Below, in pieces: positions 42,736 to 52,095 of a stretch of 64,000 nucleotides of DNA. Within the stretch, counting starts at the first letter, position 1; every line of letters starts with the position of its first letter. Source of the stretch: Gammaproteobacteria bacterium (GTDB lineage: Bacteria; Pseudomonadota; Gammaproteobacteria; DRLM01); the NCBI GenBank assembly GCA_023266095.1, contig JAHFRV010000003.1, forward strand, positions 29,444-93,443, given 5' to 3'. The translations under genes and the position numbers were made by a program. The notes beneath the pieces are model-generated. The model had not been told where the DNA came from and ran no database searches. It saw only the letters and a list, made by a program, of their open reading frames with translations.

Positions 42736-43104
42736 TCAATAATCTCCGTCGCTGTTAACAGTCTTGATCGCCTTGCCGTCGGTCTTTACCACCCACATCC
42801 CGGCCAGCACGCCGCGCGGAATGTAGCGCCCACCCGGCACCACGTGCCCCGGGCCGCGCTCCATCAGCATATGCTGCACGCCTTCGGCATGCAGCATATT
42901 CAGCAGCGTGCGGACAAACGCGCGGTCCAACTTCACGCCGGCCTTGAGTCCCTTGATTACCGCCGTCCGGCGCGTAATCCAGCCCACCCGCATCACCACG
43001 TCAAACTCGCTCATCGCGCCATAGAGCCGCTGCGCCGCCTCAGGGGACTCGCACTCGTAAAATCGCACTGTCGCGGATTCCCGTGTTATCACTCCATGCA
43101 ACAT
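42736..43104 (-). CDS. hypothetical protein
   Basis: 122 aa, AAGGAG RBS. First gene after TerL. Confidence 0.4.
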   Translation of the reverse strand: MLHGVITRESATVRFYECESPEAAQRLYGAMSEFDVVMRVGWITRRTAVIKGLKAGVKLDRAFVRTLLNMLHAEGVQHMLMERGPGHVVPGGRYIPRGVLAGMWVVKTDGKAIKTVNSDGDY

Positions 43105-43149
43105 CAGCTACTCCTTGCTGCGCGTGTTGGTGCTGTTATCGCGCGGTGG

Positions 43150-44505
43150 TTACCGCCGTTGATTCATGATCAAGCGGCGGCGGTTGCCCATCGCCTGCGG
43201 CGTGTAGATATCACTGTTCGCCGCCACCGAATGTCCGGCCGGCGGCTGCATGGGATTGTGCGCGGCGTATTGACCGAGGAAGGCGGCCCACGCGCGGTCG
43301 GCGTGGCCGGCCTCGTCACTCTCCGCGTCGAGCCGCACGTGGCCCAATGTCGTCACGGTCTTGCGCAGCTTGTGCAGATCGGCGCGCAGCTCTTTGTCGC
43401 CCTGGCGGATGCGCACCTTGCGGTCTTCGAATCCCTGCTTGCCGATGGTGCCGAGCTGAATTTTATTTGGCCCGGTGAACAGCACGCCTTCAACGCGGTG
43501 TTCACCGTAGCGGCGCTTGGCATCTTCCACCGGCTTCTCGCCCATGCCGGTTTGATCGATCGCGAGCCGGCGCACGTCGTAGCGGCCGACCAGCTCATCC
43601 AGCACCGCGTCGTGCTCGGCGAACTTTTTGCGCTTGAGTGTGACGATCTCGCGCTCCCACAGCACATCGCCCACCAGCTCCCACACCCACGCCACCCACA
43701 GATCGCGCCGCGCGCCAATGTCGTTACCGATGTAGCAGGGGCCGCCCTGATACAGCTCAGGCCGGCCGGCGTCCGGGTGTTCCACGCCGTTAATGAGGTC
43801 ATAGCTCAGCCACGCGCTGGCTTCGTCCAGCCAATGCAGCTCGTATTCCTGCGCCCATAAATCATCATCGTTCAGGCCGCGCCGCAGCTCGTCGATGTCG
43901 CGGTCCAACCCTTCGGCCACGGCCTGGTGAATATCCACCACGTGGCGGTGATCGGCCCACACGGAATCCGCCGTGGTCATGAGGTCGTAAAATTTATTCC
44001 CCTTGCCTTTCGGCGTGGACGTGATGCGCAGCTTCAATCCGCGCTTGCTCACCACCGGGAACAGCGAGCCCCATATCGCGCGCGAATCTTGATGGATGGC
44101 GAACTCATCCAAATACACATTCGCGGAGAAGCCGCGGGCGGTGTCGGGGTTCGCCGGCAACGCGGTGATCTTCGAGCCGCCGGGCAGCTCCACCTCGAGC
44201 GCGCGATAGCTTCCCTCGTCACCGCGCCAGTCGTATTCCAAATTCGTCACCGCCAGGTTGTACGCCTGGCAGTGCCGCTTGATACCTTCATCCATCGCCT
44301 CTTTGGCCTGTCGCTCGCCGCGCGAGAGGATCACCCAACGCTCGCGCCGCCCGCGCGAGATAGCCTCAAAACAATCATCGACAATTTCCAGGCAGGTGGT
44401 GAATGTCTTGCCGGTTTGTCGCGCGAACATGCCGATCTTGAAGCGCGAGCGATCCAGGAACCACCGTTGCTGATAGCCGTAGAGCGGAACGACGGGCATG
44501 TTCAT
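43150..44505 (-). CDS. phage terminase large subunit (Mu gp28-like)
   Basis: 451 aa. Walker A FARQTGKTF and a nuclease-like C-terminal half. Follows the DUF3486 gene. Confidence 0.8.
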   Translation of the reverse strand: MNMPVVPLYGYQQRWFLDRSRFKIGMFARQTGKTFTTCLEIVDDCFEAISRGRRERWVILSRGERQAKEAMDEGIKRHCQAYNLAVTNLEYDWRGDEGSYRALEVELPGGSKITALPANPDTARGFSANVYLDEFAIHQDSRAIWGSLFPVVSKRGLKLRITSTPKGKGNKFYDLMTTADSVWADHRHVVDIHQAVAEGLDRDIDELRRGLNDDDLWAQEYELHWLDEASAWLSYDLINGVEHPDAGRPELYQGGPCYIGNDIGARRDLWVAWVWELVGDVLWEREIVTLKRKKFAEHDAVLDELVGRYDVRRLAIDQTGMGEKPVEDAKRRYGEHRVEGVLFTGPNKIQLGTIGKQGFEDRKVRIRQGDKELRADLHKLRKTVTTLGHVRLDAESDEAGHADRAWAAFLGQYAAHNPMQPPAGHSVAANSDIYTPQAMGNRRRLIMNQRR

Positions 44506-45065
44506 GTGTCGTAAATGCCATAAATTTCTTCGCGCACCCGGCGCAGCGTCTCCGGGTCGAAGCGGCGTTGGCCGTCCACCTTCTCCTGTTCAATCTCATC
44601 GAGCTTTTTCTCGGTGAGTTTTTTGAGTTCGCGGCGGGCGATGATGGCCACGTCGGCGCGGAACCGTTCGGCCTGCGCCAAATCTTTTAGGGCCTTCGCG
44701 AGGAACATCACCTCGTTGGCGGCCACGCCTTCATCGCGCTCGCCCATATCGCCCATCGTTTGATAGGCCACCGAGCGCAACATCTGCCCCAGCAATTGCG
44801 CCACGTCGCCGTCGGGGTCTTCCGCCCAGGTTTTACTCCACGTCGCCGCCAAGCCCTGCGCCTCTTTCCAGCGCTCCATCTGCCTCTCGGCTTTTTGTTT
44901 GTAGCGGCCGATTGCGGACCGGCTTACCTCGGCCTCGCCCAGGCCGCGCAAATGCGCGACGATATCGTCGATGGTGTAGCGGCCCTCGCGGATCAGCCGG
45001 TCCACCTCGGATTTAATGGGAGGGTCTAACTGCACGATGCTGCTCTTGCGCGCCATATCATTCAC
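44502..45065 (-). CDS. Mu gp27-like protein (DUF3486; putative small terminase)
   Basis: 187 aa, helical/charged. Position and character match gp27 of Mu-like phages. Confidence 0.6.
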   Translation of the reverse strand: MNDMARKSSIVQLDPPIKSEVDRLIREGRYTIDDIVAHLRGLGEAEVSRSAIGRYKQKAERQMERWKEAQGLAATWSKTWAEDPDGDVAQLLGQMLRSVAYQTMGDMGERDEGVAANEVMFLAKALKDLAQAERFRADVAIIARRELKKLTEKKLDEIEQEKVDGQRRFDPETLRRVREEIYGIYDT

Positions 45066-45357
45066 CCGGCCGCGGGCGCTTCACGCCCGGCGCCGTGGTA
45101 GCGCCTTGCGCCACATCCACGCCGCGCTCGCGCAGCTTCGCCACGCGCACGCCGCCCACGTCGCCGAGATCGAGCAGGTTTTGTTCCTCCAGCCACGCCA
45201 GTTCGGTGCGCAGCAGGTCGTGCCCCACCTCGTGGCCGAACGCACGCAGCCCCTGCTGCAATAGGTATTCGTTCGCGCTGTAGTTGGCGGACTCCACCAG
45301 CAGGCGGAGTATCACCAGGCGGCGGTCCTCGGCGACAAGGGCGGCGTACATCGTCAT
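45058..45357 (-). CDS. hypothetical phage protein
   Basis: 99 aa ORF overlapping its neighbours, same strand. Confidence 0.35.
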   Translation of the reverse strand: MTMYAALVAEDRRLVILRLLVESANYSANEYLLQQGLRAFGHEVGHDLLRTELAWLEEQNLLDLGDVGGVRVAKLRERGVDVAQGATTAPGVKRPRPGE

Positions 45358-45692
45358 TCTTTCCCCCGCATCAGGTGTTGGTGTATCAGACTCAGCAAGT
45401 TGCGCATGACGTGAAATTCGCCGGCCACGTGTTCCAGTTTGCCGGCGGTCTCGCTTAATTTTCCGTAGAGCTTGCCGAGATCGGCGTGGGTGGGCGCGCG
45501 TCGCGCGTCCTGTTCCAGACGCGCAATGCGCACCGCGTGATCGTCGGTCTTGTCGTCGAGCTCGCCCTTGAGATCATCGACGCGCTGGTTCGTCGCGCGG
45601 TCCTTGTTCCCGAGGTGAACATAGAATCCAATGATCCCCATCACCACGAAGTTGACCATTTGAAAAATCAGCACCCACCACCCCACCTCCAT
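45354..45692 (-). CDS. membrane-anchored coiled-coil protein (i-spanin/Rz-like candidate)
   Basis: 112 aa from MEVGWWVLIFQMVNFVVMGIIGFYV (N-terminal TM), then a charged coiled coil. Confidence 0.4.
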   Translation of the reverse strand: MEVGWWVLIFQMVNFVVMGIIGFYVHLGNKDRATNQRVDDLKGELDDKTDDHAVRIARLEQDARRAPTHADLGKLYGKLSETAGKLEHVAGEFHVMRNLLSLIHQHLMRGKE

Positions 45693-45706
45693 ACCGCGCC
45701 CTTTCT

Positions 45707-45928
45707 CTACTGATTGCTGATTGTTTTTTGCGCGCGCAACCGGCCGATGATGGCGAGCACGCCGCCCAGCGCGGAGAGCGCCGAGCAGGTGGCGAGTATC
45801 GCGTCCACCACATGCGCTTGCGCGGCCGCATCCAGCGTGATGCCGAACAGACCGGCCACCCCGGCGAAGGCAGCCACCACGCCGCCCCACACGCCGCGCG
45901 AGGCCCACCACGCTTTGCCGCTATCCAT
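45707..45928 (-). CDS. holin candidate (two TM helices)
   Basis: 73 aa. MDSGKAWWASRGVWGGVVAAFAGVAGLFGI...ILATCSALSALGGVLAIIGRL with a charged C-terminus. Confidence 0.45.
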   Translation of the reverse strand: MDSGKAWWASRGVWGGVVAAFAGVAGLFGITLDAAAQAHVVDAILATCSALSALGGVLAIIGRLRAQKTISNQ

Positions 45929-46403
45929 TGGGCACCTGCGTCGCAGCGGCCTGGTGAATCCAGCCCAACACCTCGCGCACGTCGAGCAGCAGACCGGCAT
46001 CGAGCACCGGTGCATCGCCCGTCGGCTGCATGCGTGCCTCCAGCTCCACGCGCACCACCGCGATCAGCGTATCGAGCAAACGCCGATCCGACAGATCGAG
46101 CGCGGCCCAGTCGATGCGCGAGCGCACCACCTCCTCGAGCGCGGGAATGGTGGCCACCAGGCCACGGTCCACCACCTCAATCGCCTGCGCGGTAATGTCC
46201 TCCACGCGCGCGCGGCGCCGCTCTTGCGCCTCGGGCGTCGATTCGCGGCCCACGTATTTATCCACCGCGTATTGCACGCCCGCCCGGGCGAGCAGCATTT
46301 GCGAGGCCGGCGCCGACGCCAGCGCGCCTTTGCCATCACCGCCTGGCGTGGTGGCGCAGCCCGCCAATACCAGCAACACACTCAACACCGCTATCAGTCT
46401 CAT
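45921..46403 (-). CDS. phage lipoprotein (lysis-associated?)
   Basis: 160 aa. Lipobox LVLAGC after a signal peptide. Confidence 0.5.
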   Translation of the reverse strand: MRLIAVLSVLLVLAGCATTPGGDGKGALASAPASQMLLARAGVQYAVDKYVGRESTPEAQERRRARVEDITAQAIEVVDRGLVATIPALEEVVRSRIDWAALDLSDRRLLDTLIAVVRVELEARMQPTGDAPVLDAGLLLDVREVLGWIHQAAATQVPNG

Positions 46404-46684
46404 GCTCCGTCTCCTTTGGCTTGCCTATCCACCACGGCCTTTATCAGCGCCGCTTCTTGGTACCGAATCGCGATCTCCGCATGCCGGTCCATCTCGCGCA
46501 GCACGCCGCGAATCAAGCGCAACACGCCTAGCCCATCGGGGCGGCTGGCGAATTTGGTAATCAACGCATCCAGAGTGATGAGCAGCGTGTCCGCATCGAT
46601 GCCGTTAATCTCCGCGCGCAACCGGCGCAGCGTATCGGGGTCCAGCGGCGGGGGCGGAGGCACGGGCGGCATGACGCTGTGCAT
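46400..46684 (-). CDS. hypothetical phage protein
   Basis: About 94 aa from MHSVMPPVPPPPP. Start uncertain. Confidence 0.3.
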   Translation of the reverse strand: MHSVMPPVPPPPPLDPDTLRRLRAEINGIDADTLLITLDALITKFASRPDGLGVLRLIRGVLREMDRHAEIAIRYQEAALIKAVVDRQAKGDGA

Positions 46685-46685
46685 C

Positions 46686-47090
46686 TCAATAGCTCCACAG
46701 CCACGGCCGCGGGCGGCCGGGGGCATTGGGTAGATCGTCCAGATGGATGAAGCGCGCGGCCTGCACCCCGCGCTGCATCACGCCGATGCCGGTGAACCCC
46801 AACTGCTGCGCGAGATCAATCACGCGCAGCGCATCGTTGCCCAGCACGCGCACGTCAGCGGAGCGGCCGGTGGTGTGCGGGCCGGCAGCGCCGGTGGCGC
46901 TCACGGCGGCATTGTGTTTTGCGCAGCGGTAGGCGGAGGTGAGTGGCAGCGCAATACCAAGCTGCCGGCGCAGCGCCACCAGGCGCGCCATGAACGTGGT
47001 GTCCATGCGCATCTGGCCACACCCACATTTGCAGGCCAGCTCGTCGAGCGGAAAGTATTGCCAAGGTGATGCCGTCATGATGGAGATCAT
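46686..47090 (-). CDS. endolysin, peptidase M15A (L-Ala-D-Glu/D-Ala-D-Ala peptidase-like)
   Basis: 134 aa. Zn-binding signature YRCAKHNAAV...HTTGRSADV...H. Confidence 0.65.
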   Translation of the reverse strand: MISIMTASPWQYFPLDELACKCGCGQMRMDTTFMARLVALRRQLGIALPLTSAYRCAKHNAAVSATGAAGPHTTGRSADVRVLGNDALRVIDLAQQLGFTGIGVMQRGVQAARFIHLDDLPNAPGRPRPWLWSY

Positions 47091-47180
47091 GACGGCGGTG
47101 CCGCGGGGTGTATTTTAACCGTGGTTAAAAACTAGATGCGACGCGATGAAAAAACAATGTAGCAAAAAGCGGGGAGCGGG

Positions 47181-47612
47181 TCACTCCTTACCGTTCTCTC
47201 TTTTCGGCTGCTCGACTCTATCAAAGGCAGTCCCAGAGGCAAGCCCTGCGCCCGTCCCCATTTCGCTGGTCGTAGAAGAAAAGTCTTGCAGCACACCGGT
47301 TGAATCAAAGCGCAGCGTCACCATCGTGGTGCGAGAGTCGGCGCCGCCTATGAATCCTCCGACAATAGGAATAAAAGTTTCGGGGCGCGTCTGAATTTCA
47401 AAGTACATATAGCTAACCATCCGATCGCCGCTCGAGCTAATCGTGCTGGATGTCGGCCTGCCAAAAGCGCGATGCACATCTTCGAGCGTTGTCTTGCCTT
47501 TTTGCAAGACCGTCAGCTGATCTTCGTTAATGCGAACTCCAGAGGCCGCGCATGCAACGAGTTGCAGTATGACGATAGCGACCGCTAATCTTATCGACAC
47601 TTTCATAATCAC
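47181..47612 (-). CDS. lipoprotein (possible superinfection-exclusion/moron)
   Basis: 143 aa. Lipobox LQLVAC. Lies between the repressor and the endolysin. Confidence 0.5.
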   Translation of the reverse strand: MIMKVSIRLAVAIVILQLVACAASGVRINEDQLTVLQKGKTTLEDVHRAFGRPTSSTISSSGDRMVSYMYFEIQTRPETFIPIVGGFIGGADSRTTMVTLRFDSTGVLQDFSSTTSEMGTGAGLASGTAFDRVEQPKRENGKE

Positions 47613-47617
47613 CCCCG

Positions 47618-48100
47618 TTATTGTTGTTTGCAGTCGTCACAGTAATCAAAGAAGGTGAGCAGCATTCTCACACCATCTTCATCCAACCCATACATGAAAC
47701 TGAAATCCACCACCGCCTGGGCGAGCTGTGGCGCCAGCTGCTTACGCTGCTTGGCGGCCGCCCGCGGCACAAGTTTCTCCAACTCCCTAAGTCGCGCCAA
47801 GTCACTCTCCCGGCGGCGCTGCGCCTCAACCTCCGGCGCCACCACATATTGCGCTTGAGGGTCGGCAATCCCACGCGTGTACCGCATTTCGCCCCGGCCG
47901 CTCAACAGCCACTCGGCGTCGATCCCGTGCGTGCGTGAAAGAGCACGCACGAGCTCAACAGGGACAGGCCGCTCGCCGCGCTCGTAATTCTGGTAAGCAC
48001 GCAAGGATATCCCCATCTGGGCCGCGATCTCCTCTTGAGAAAGCCGCGCGGCGTCCCTCGCCTGCTTTAGCCTCCCCCCAATACCGCTGTTCTCATGCAT
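47618..48100 (-). CDS. XRE-family HTH repressor (c-like)
   Basis: 161 aa from MHENSG. HTH LSQEEIAAQMGISLRAYQNYERG. Divergent from the early operon. Confidence 0.7.
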   Translation of the reverse strand: MHENSGIGGRLKQARDAARLSQEEIAAQMGISLRAYQNYERGERPVPVELVRALSRTHGIDAEWLLSGRGEMRYTRGIADPQAQYVVAPEVEAQRRRESDLARLRELEKLVPRAAAKQRKQLAPQLAQAVVDFSFMYGLDEDGVRMLLTFFDYCDDCKQQ

Positions 48101-48121
48101 CTTTTGCCTTTCTTTTTTGCC

Positions 48122-48173
48122 GTGCGTAAAGACCCCCATCCGTGCTTGACTTTACGCACAAACATGCCGATAC
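48122..48173 (+). promoter_or_regulatory. candidate early promoter and operator (10-bp inverted repeat gtgcgtaaag/ctttacgcac, TTGACT-17-GATACT)
   Basis: Inverted repeat at 48122-48131 and 48150-48159. -35 TTGACT at 48145-48150 and -10 GATACT at 48168-48173, upstream of the ner-like gene. Confidence 0.35.
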
Positions 48174-48202
48174 TTACCCGAAGCCGCTACTATAGACGGG
48201 TA

Positions 48203-48433
48203 ATGATAGTGCAGAAAACGGACGAACGCACCCCGGGGCTAACCCTCCACAGAAAGGTCAGGATCGCCTTCATCGATCAGGGCACCACATTTCACGCCTG
48301 GTGCCTGAGCAACGAGATTGATCCTAAAAATGCGCGGATGGCCATCGTCGGCGGATGGAACGGCCCAAAGGGGCAGGCATTACGCCGGCGCATCTTGTAC
48401 GCCGCCGGCCTCATCAAACAGGAGGTCGCATGA
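48203..48433 (+). CDS. Ner-like DNA-binding protein (Nlp/Ner family)
   Basis: 76 aa. HRKVRIAFI...WNGPKGQALRRRIL resembles Mu Ner HRADVIAGL...HWPKGEQIIANAL. First early gene. Confidence 0.55.
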   Translation: MIVQKTDERTPGLTLHRKVRIAFIDQGTTFHAWCLSNEIDPKNARMAIVGGWNGPKGQALRRRILYAAGLIKQEVA

Positions 48434-48798
48434 CGATCCACGACATCGCCCCGCTTTCGGTTATGACCTCGGCTCTGGCGTATCAGCACAGACCGCAGCT
48501 AATCCATTTGTCCGATAGATTCAAGCAGGAGAGGCGGCGACTTAAATTGTCTCTTGCTCGTGTGGGCGAGATTTGCGGGGTCAGCAAAAACACGGCTATC
48601 TCATGGGAGCACGGGGCAAAAATCCCCGCCGAGGCGCTGGCATTGTTTGCCCAGGTTGGCGCTGACGTTCAGTTCATCGTTACTGGCGTGGCGTCTGCTA
48701 ATCCGCCGATCCCGTATGATCCGGCCGCGTATCGCGTGCTAATTGATAGGGTGATTGCGCTCGCGGCGGTGATCATGACGGGCTCGGCCGCATCGTAA
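48430..48798 (+). CDS. XRE-family HTH regulator
   Basis: 122 aa. HTH LSLARVGEICGVSKNTAISWEHG. RBS ggagg. Confidence 0.6.
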   Translation: MTIHDIAPLSVMTSALAYQHRPQLIHLSDRFKQERRRLKLSLARVGEICGVSKNTAISWEHGAKIPAEALALFAQVGADVQFIVTGVASANPPIPYDPAAYRVLIDRVIALAAVIMTGSAAS

Positions 48799-48811
48799 TC
48801 GCGGAGGCCTC

Positions 48812-49075
48812 ATGAGCGAGAACCCCATCAAATACCACGCGCCGCCGTTCGATCTTGAGCGATTCAAGCGCGTCATCGCCGGCATATCGGCGGCCATCGA
48901 CACGAGTTCCATCGACGTTGCGCGGGCGCGCCTGCTGATGCAGGCCAGCAACCCTGCCAGCGACATCGACGCGCTGGCCTTCTGCGCCAACCTCGAAGAA
49001 GAAATGGCCGCGTTCACCGATGCGATCTTGGCCCCGTTTCAAGACATCTATGCAGGAGAGATCAATGGCGACTGA
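48812..49075 (+). CDS. hypothetical early protein
   Basis: 87 aa ORF in the early operon. Confidence 0.4.
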   Translation: MSENPIKYHAPPFDLERFKRVIAGISAAIDTSSIDVARARLLMQASNPASDIDALAFCANLEEEMAAFTDAILAPFQDIYAGEINGD

Positions 49076-49367
49076 AACAACTCAAGCCGCCGAGAAGGTG
49101 TTGAAAGTGCTCAACACCCTTTTGCGAAATTTTGCCGTCGGCTTCACGAACCGGGAGCTAGCGGAAGCCACGGGGCTCAACCCATCCGACATCACGCGCT
49201 ACGTCAAGACGCTGGAGAAGTGCGGCTTCGCGGAGCGCGTACCCGAGACGGAGCGTATCCGCGTCTCGCATCGCATGGCGCGCCACGCCGTGACCATCCT
49301 GCATTCACTCGATGCGGCCAAGGGCCGTATCGACGAATCCATCACCCGCATCACCACGCCACTGTAA
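49065..49367 (+). CDS. winged-helix DNA-binding protein (hypothetical)
   Basis: 100 aa. FTNRELAEATGLNPSDITRYVKTLEKCGFAER helix-turn-helix. Confidence 0.45.
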   Translation: MATETTQAAEKVLKVLNTLLRNFAVGFTNRELAEATGLNPSDITRYVKTLEKCGFAERVPETERIRVSHRMARHAVTILHSLDAAKGRIDESITRITTPL

Positions 49368-49380
49368 GGAGAGATAGCAA

Positions 49381-50331
49381 ATGGCACGCAAACCGAGAGA
49401 GACCACCGTCGAGCAGCACATCGTCACCGAGTCCGATACGCCGGGGCTGCCCGCGATGGTGGCGGCGCATGACGCACTGGCCACCGCGCAGGTCAATTAT
49501 GCGCAAGAGCGGGACCTCGCCAATCAAGTGCTGGGCGAGGCCCGCGCAACCGGAATGATTGAGGATTTTTCGCGCACCGTGCGGATTTCCAAATTAACTT
49601 TTATCAAGGAAAACAAACTCTATCGCTCATTGAAGGGCTCGAAAAGTCCGGACGGTGCGGAACTTTCCGGCACGTGGGAGGAATATTGCGGTCTGCTAAA
49701 CCGCTCTACCGACCAGGTAGACCGGGACATTTCCAACCTGAAAGTATTCGGCGAGCAGGCGCTGGAGAGCATGACCCGGATGGGCATCGGCTATCGAGAC
49801 CTGCACAAGATGCGAAACCTGCCGGCGGATCAACGGCAAATAATTATCGGCGAGGTCGAGGCGAATGCCGACGACAAAGAGGCCATCATTGCGCTGATCG
49901 AAGACATCGTTACCAAACACACCAAAGAAAAAATCGCCCTCGAGCAGGAGGTGCAAACCCTGCGCGACGACGCCGAGGCGAACGAGCGGGTGATCGAGGG
50001 AAAGAACCGCAAGATCGATCAGCTCGACAAAGCCCTCCATCGCCGCGAAAACCTGGACGGCCACGAACTCAACGCCGAGCTGGCCCGCGAACTGGAGGAC
50101 GAGACCCTGGCCGTCATCGCCTCCATTCTCGGCATGGAGCGGGCGGTGTCGCAAATCACCTCGCACGCCGAGGCGCCGCAAGACCTGCTCGACGCGCGCG
50201 CCTACGCCATCCGCCGCATTCTCACCCGTCTGCAAGAGCTGGAGGCCGACTACAACATCGCGGCGGTGGGGCCGGCGGACGACGGCTGGATGCACTACGT
50301 GCCCGGCGTCGTACAGCCGCAGGCGGATTGA
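49381..50331 (+). CDS. coiled-coil early protein of unknown function
   Basis: 316 aa. The stop overlaps the transposase start (TGATG). Confidence 0.45.
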   Translation: MARKPRETTVEQHIVTESDTPGLPAMVAAHDALATAQVNYAQERDLANQVLGEARATGMIEDFSRTVRISKLTFIKENKLYRSLKGSKSPDGAELSGTWEEYCGLLNRSTDQVDRDISNLKVFGEQALESMTRMGIGYRDLHKMRNLPADQRQIIIGEVEANADDKEAIIALIEDIVTKHTKEKIALEQEVQTLRDDAEANERVIEGKNRKIDQLDKALHRRENLDGHELNAELARELEDETLAVIASILGMERAVSQITSHAEAPQDLLDARAYAIRRILTRLQELEADYNIAAVGPADDGWMHYVPGVVQPQAD

Positions 50332-52082
50332 TGATGTACGCCGCGCAACAGGGAGAGGTTGAGTATTTCCGGCAACTGGCGGGGCGGCTGCACGTCGCCC
50401 CGCACAAGGATCGGGGCGGCCTGGTGCAAGAGGCCGCCGCCTTCCTCGGCATATCACCCCAGCAGGTGTACCGCCGGTTGCAATCGGCCGGCTGGCGCAG
50501 CGGTCGCAAGCTGCGCACCGACAAGGGCGACACGCGCTTAGGCGATGCCGAGCTGCGCATGATCGCCAACGTGATGGCCGAGAGTGCGCGCGCCAACGGA
50601 AAGCGCCTGCTCGGCGTGCGTGATGCAATGGAGATACTCCGGGCCAACGGCCACCTCGCGGCGGACGTGGCGCCCGAGACCGCGCTGCGCGTGATGCGTG
50701 CGCGCGGCCTGCATCCCGACCAGCTGGCCCGCGCAACCCCGCACACCAACCTGCGCAGCCTGCACCCCAATCATTGCTGGCAGTTCGATGTGTCGGTGTG
50801 CGTGCTGTTCTATCTGGATCACGGCGGCCTCGGCGTGATGGATGAGAAGAGGTTCTACAAAAACAAACCGGAGAACCTGAAAAAAATAGAGAACCACCGC
50901 GTGCTGCGCTACCTGGTCACCGACCACTACAGCGGCGCGTTTTTTGTTTATTACTACCTCGCCGCGGGCGAGAACCAAGAAGTGCTTTTTGACTTCCTCA
51001 TGCGTGCGTGGACCAAGCGCGAGCATGCGCAAGACCCGATGCACGGCGTGCCGCTGCAGCTGTTGTGGGACGCCGGCAGCGCCAACCAATCCTACCTGAT
51101 TAAAAACTTGCTCAACCGCCTCACCGTGCGCCAGCACGTACACACGCCCGGCAATCCGCGCGGCAAGGGGCAAGTAGAGACCACGCACAACATCGTCGAG
51201 CGCAGCTTCGAGGGCCGCCTCTCATTGATGCGCGTGACCGATATCGACCACCTCAACACCGCCGCCGCCACGTGGATGCGCTGGCACAACGGCACGCGGT
51301 TGCACAGCCGGCACAACGCCACGCGCTACGGCGTGTGGCAAACCATACGGCAAGAGCAGCTGCGCATCTGCCCGCCGCGCGCGCTGTGCGAGCAGCTGCT
51401 GCGCACCAAACCCGAGCCGCGAAAAGTGCAGGGGAACCTGGTGGTGCGCTACGCCGTGAAAGGCTTCGAGCCTGCGTTTTATTCCATCGCGCACATCGAG
51501 GGCGTGCGCGTGGGCGAGAACGTGGACGTGTGCGTCAACCCCTACCGCGCCCCGAACGTGGATGTGATTTTACAGGGCGCCGACGGCAGCGAGCAGGTGT
51601 ACGAATGCACGCCGCTCGGCCGCGACGCGGCGGGCTTCCTCGTCGATGCGGCGGTGATCGGCGAAAGCTACAAGAGCGCGCCGGACACCGACGTGGACGC
51701 GCACCGCAAGGCGCTGGCCAAGCAAGCCTACAACGCGGACACGCAGCTGGACGTGGACAAGGCGCGCCGCGAGAAGCGCCCCGCGTTCGGCGGCGATATC
51801 GATCCGATCAGTTACCTCGAAGCCCAAACCGCGGCGCATTACATGCCGCGCCGCGGCACCGAGCTGGATGTGCCGCAGCGCATCCACGTTGAGATCAAAC
51901 CCCTCACGCACGTGGAGGCGTGCCGCCGCGTGGTGGCGCGCCTGCAACGCGCGCTCACGGCGTATGAGAATCGCGCCGTGCGTGAGTGGTACCCGGATGG
52001 TGTGCCCGAGGAAGAAGTCGGCCACCTGGTGATCAGGCTGCAAGCGGGCGCCGCACCTGAACCACAACAACAACGCGCCTAA
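50331..52082 (+). CDS. Mu-type DDE transposase A
   Basis: 584 aa. rve/integrase core D(CWQFDVS)-D(LLWDAGSAN)-E(GKGQVETTHN) and a Mu-transposase-like C-terminus. Confidence 0.85.
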   Translation: MMYAAQQGEVEYFRQLAGRLHVAPHKDRGGLVQEAAAFLGISPQQVYRRLQSAGWRSGRKLRTDKGDTRLGDAELRMIANVMAESARANGKRLLGVRDAMEILRANGHLAADVAPETALRVMRARGLHPDQLARATPHTNLRSLHPNHCWQFDVSVCVLFYLDHGGLGVMDEKRFYKNKPENLKKIENHRVLRYLVTDHYSGAFFVYYYLAAGENQEVLFDFLMRAWTKREHAQDPMHGVPLQLLWDAGSANQSYLIKNLLNRLTVRQHVHTPGNPRGKGQVETTHNIVERSFEGRLSLMRVTDIDHLNTAAATWMRWHNGTRLHSRHNATRYGVWQTIRQEQLRICPPRALCEQLLRTKPEPRKVQGNLVVRYAVKGFEPAFYSIAHIEGVRVGENVDVCVNPYRAPNVDVILQGADGSEQVYECTPLGRDAAGFLVDAAVIGESYKSAPDTDVDAHRKALAKQAYNADTQLDVDKARREKRPAFGGDIDPISYLEAQTAAHYMPRRGTELDVPQRIHVEIKPLTHVEACRRVVARLQRALTAYENRAVREWYPDGVPEEEVGHLVIRLQAGAAPEPQQQRA

Positions 52083-52095
52083 TAACGGAGGATGT

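Noticed and set aside
45058-45357. Possibility that the 99-aa protein next to the DUF3486 gene is the missing C-type late activator.
   Set aside because: No Mor/C-type C-terminal HTH is recognisable. It is left as hypothetical.
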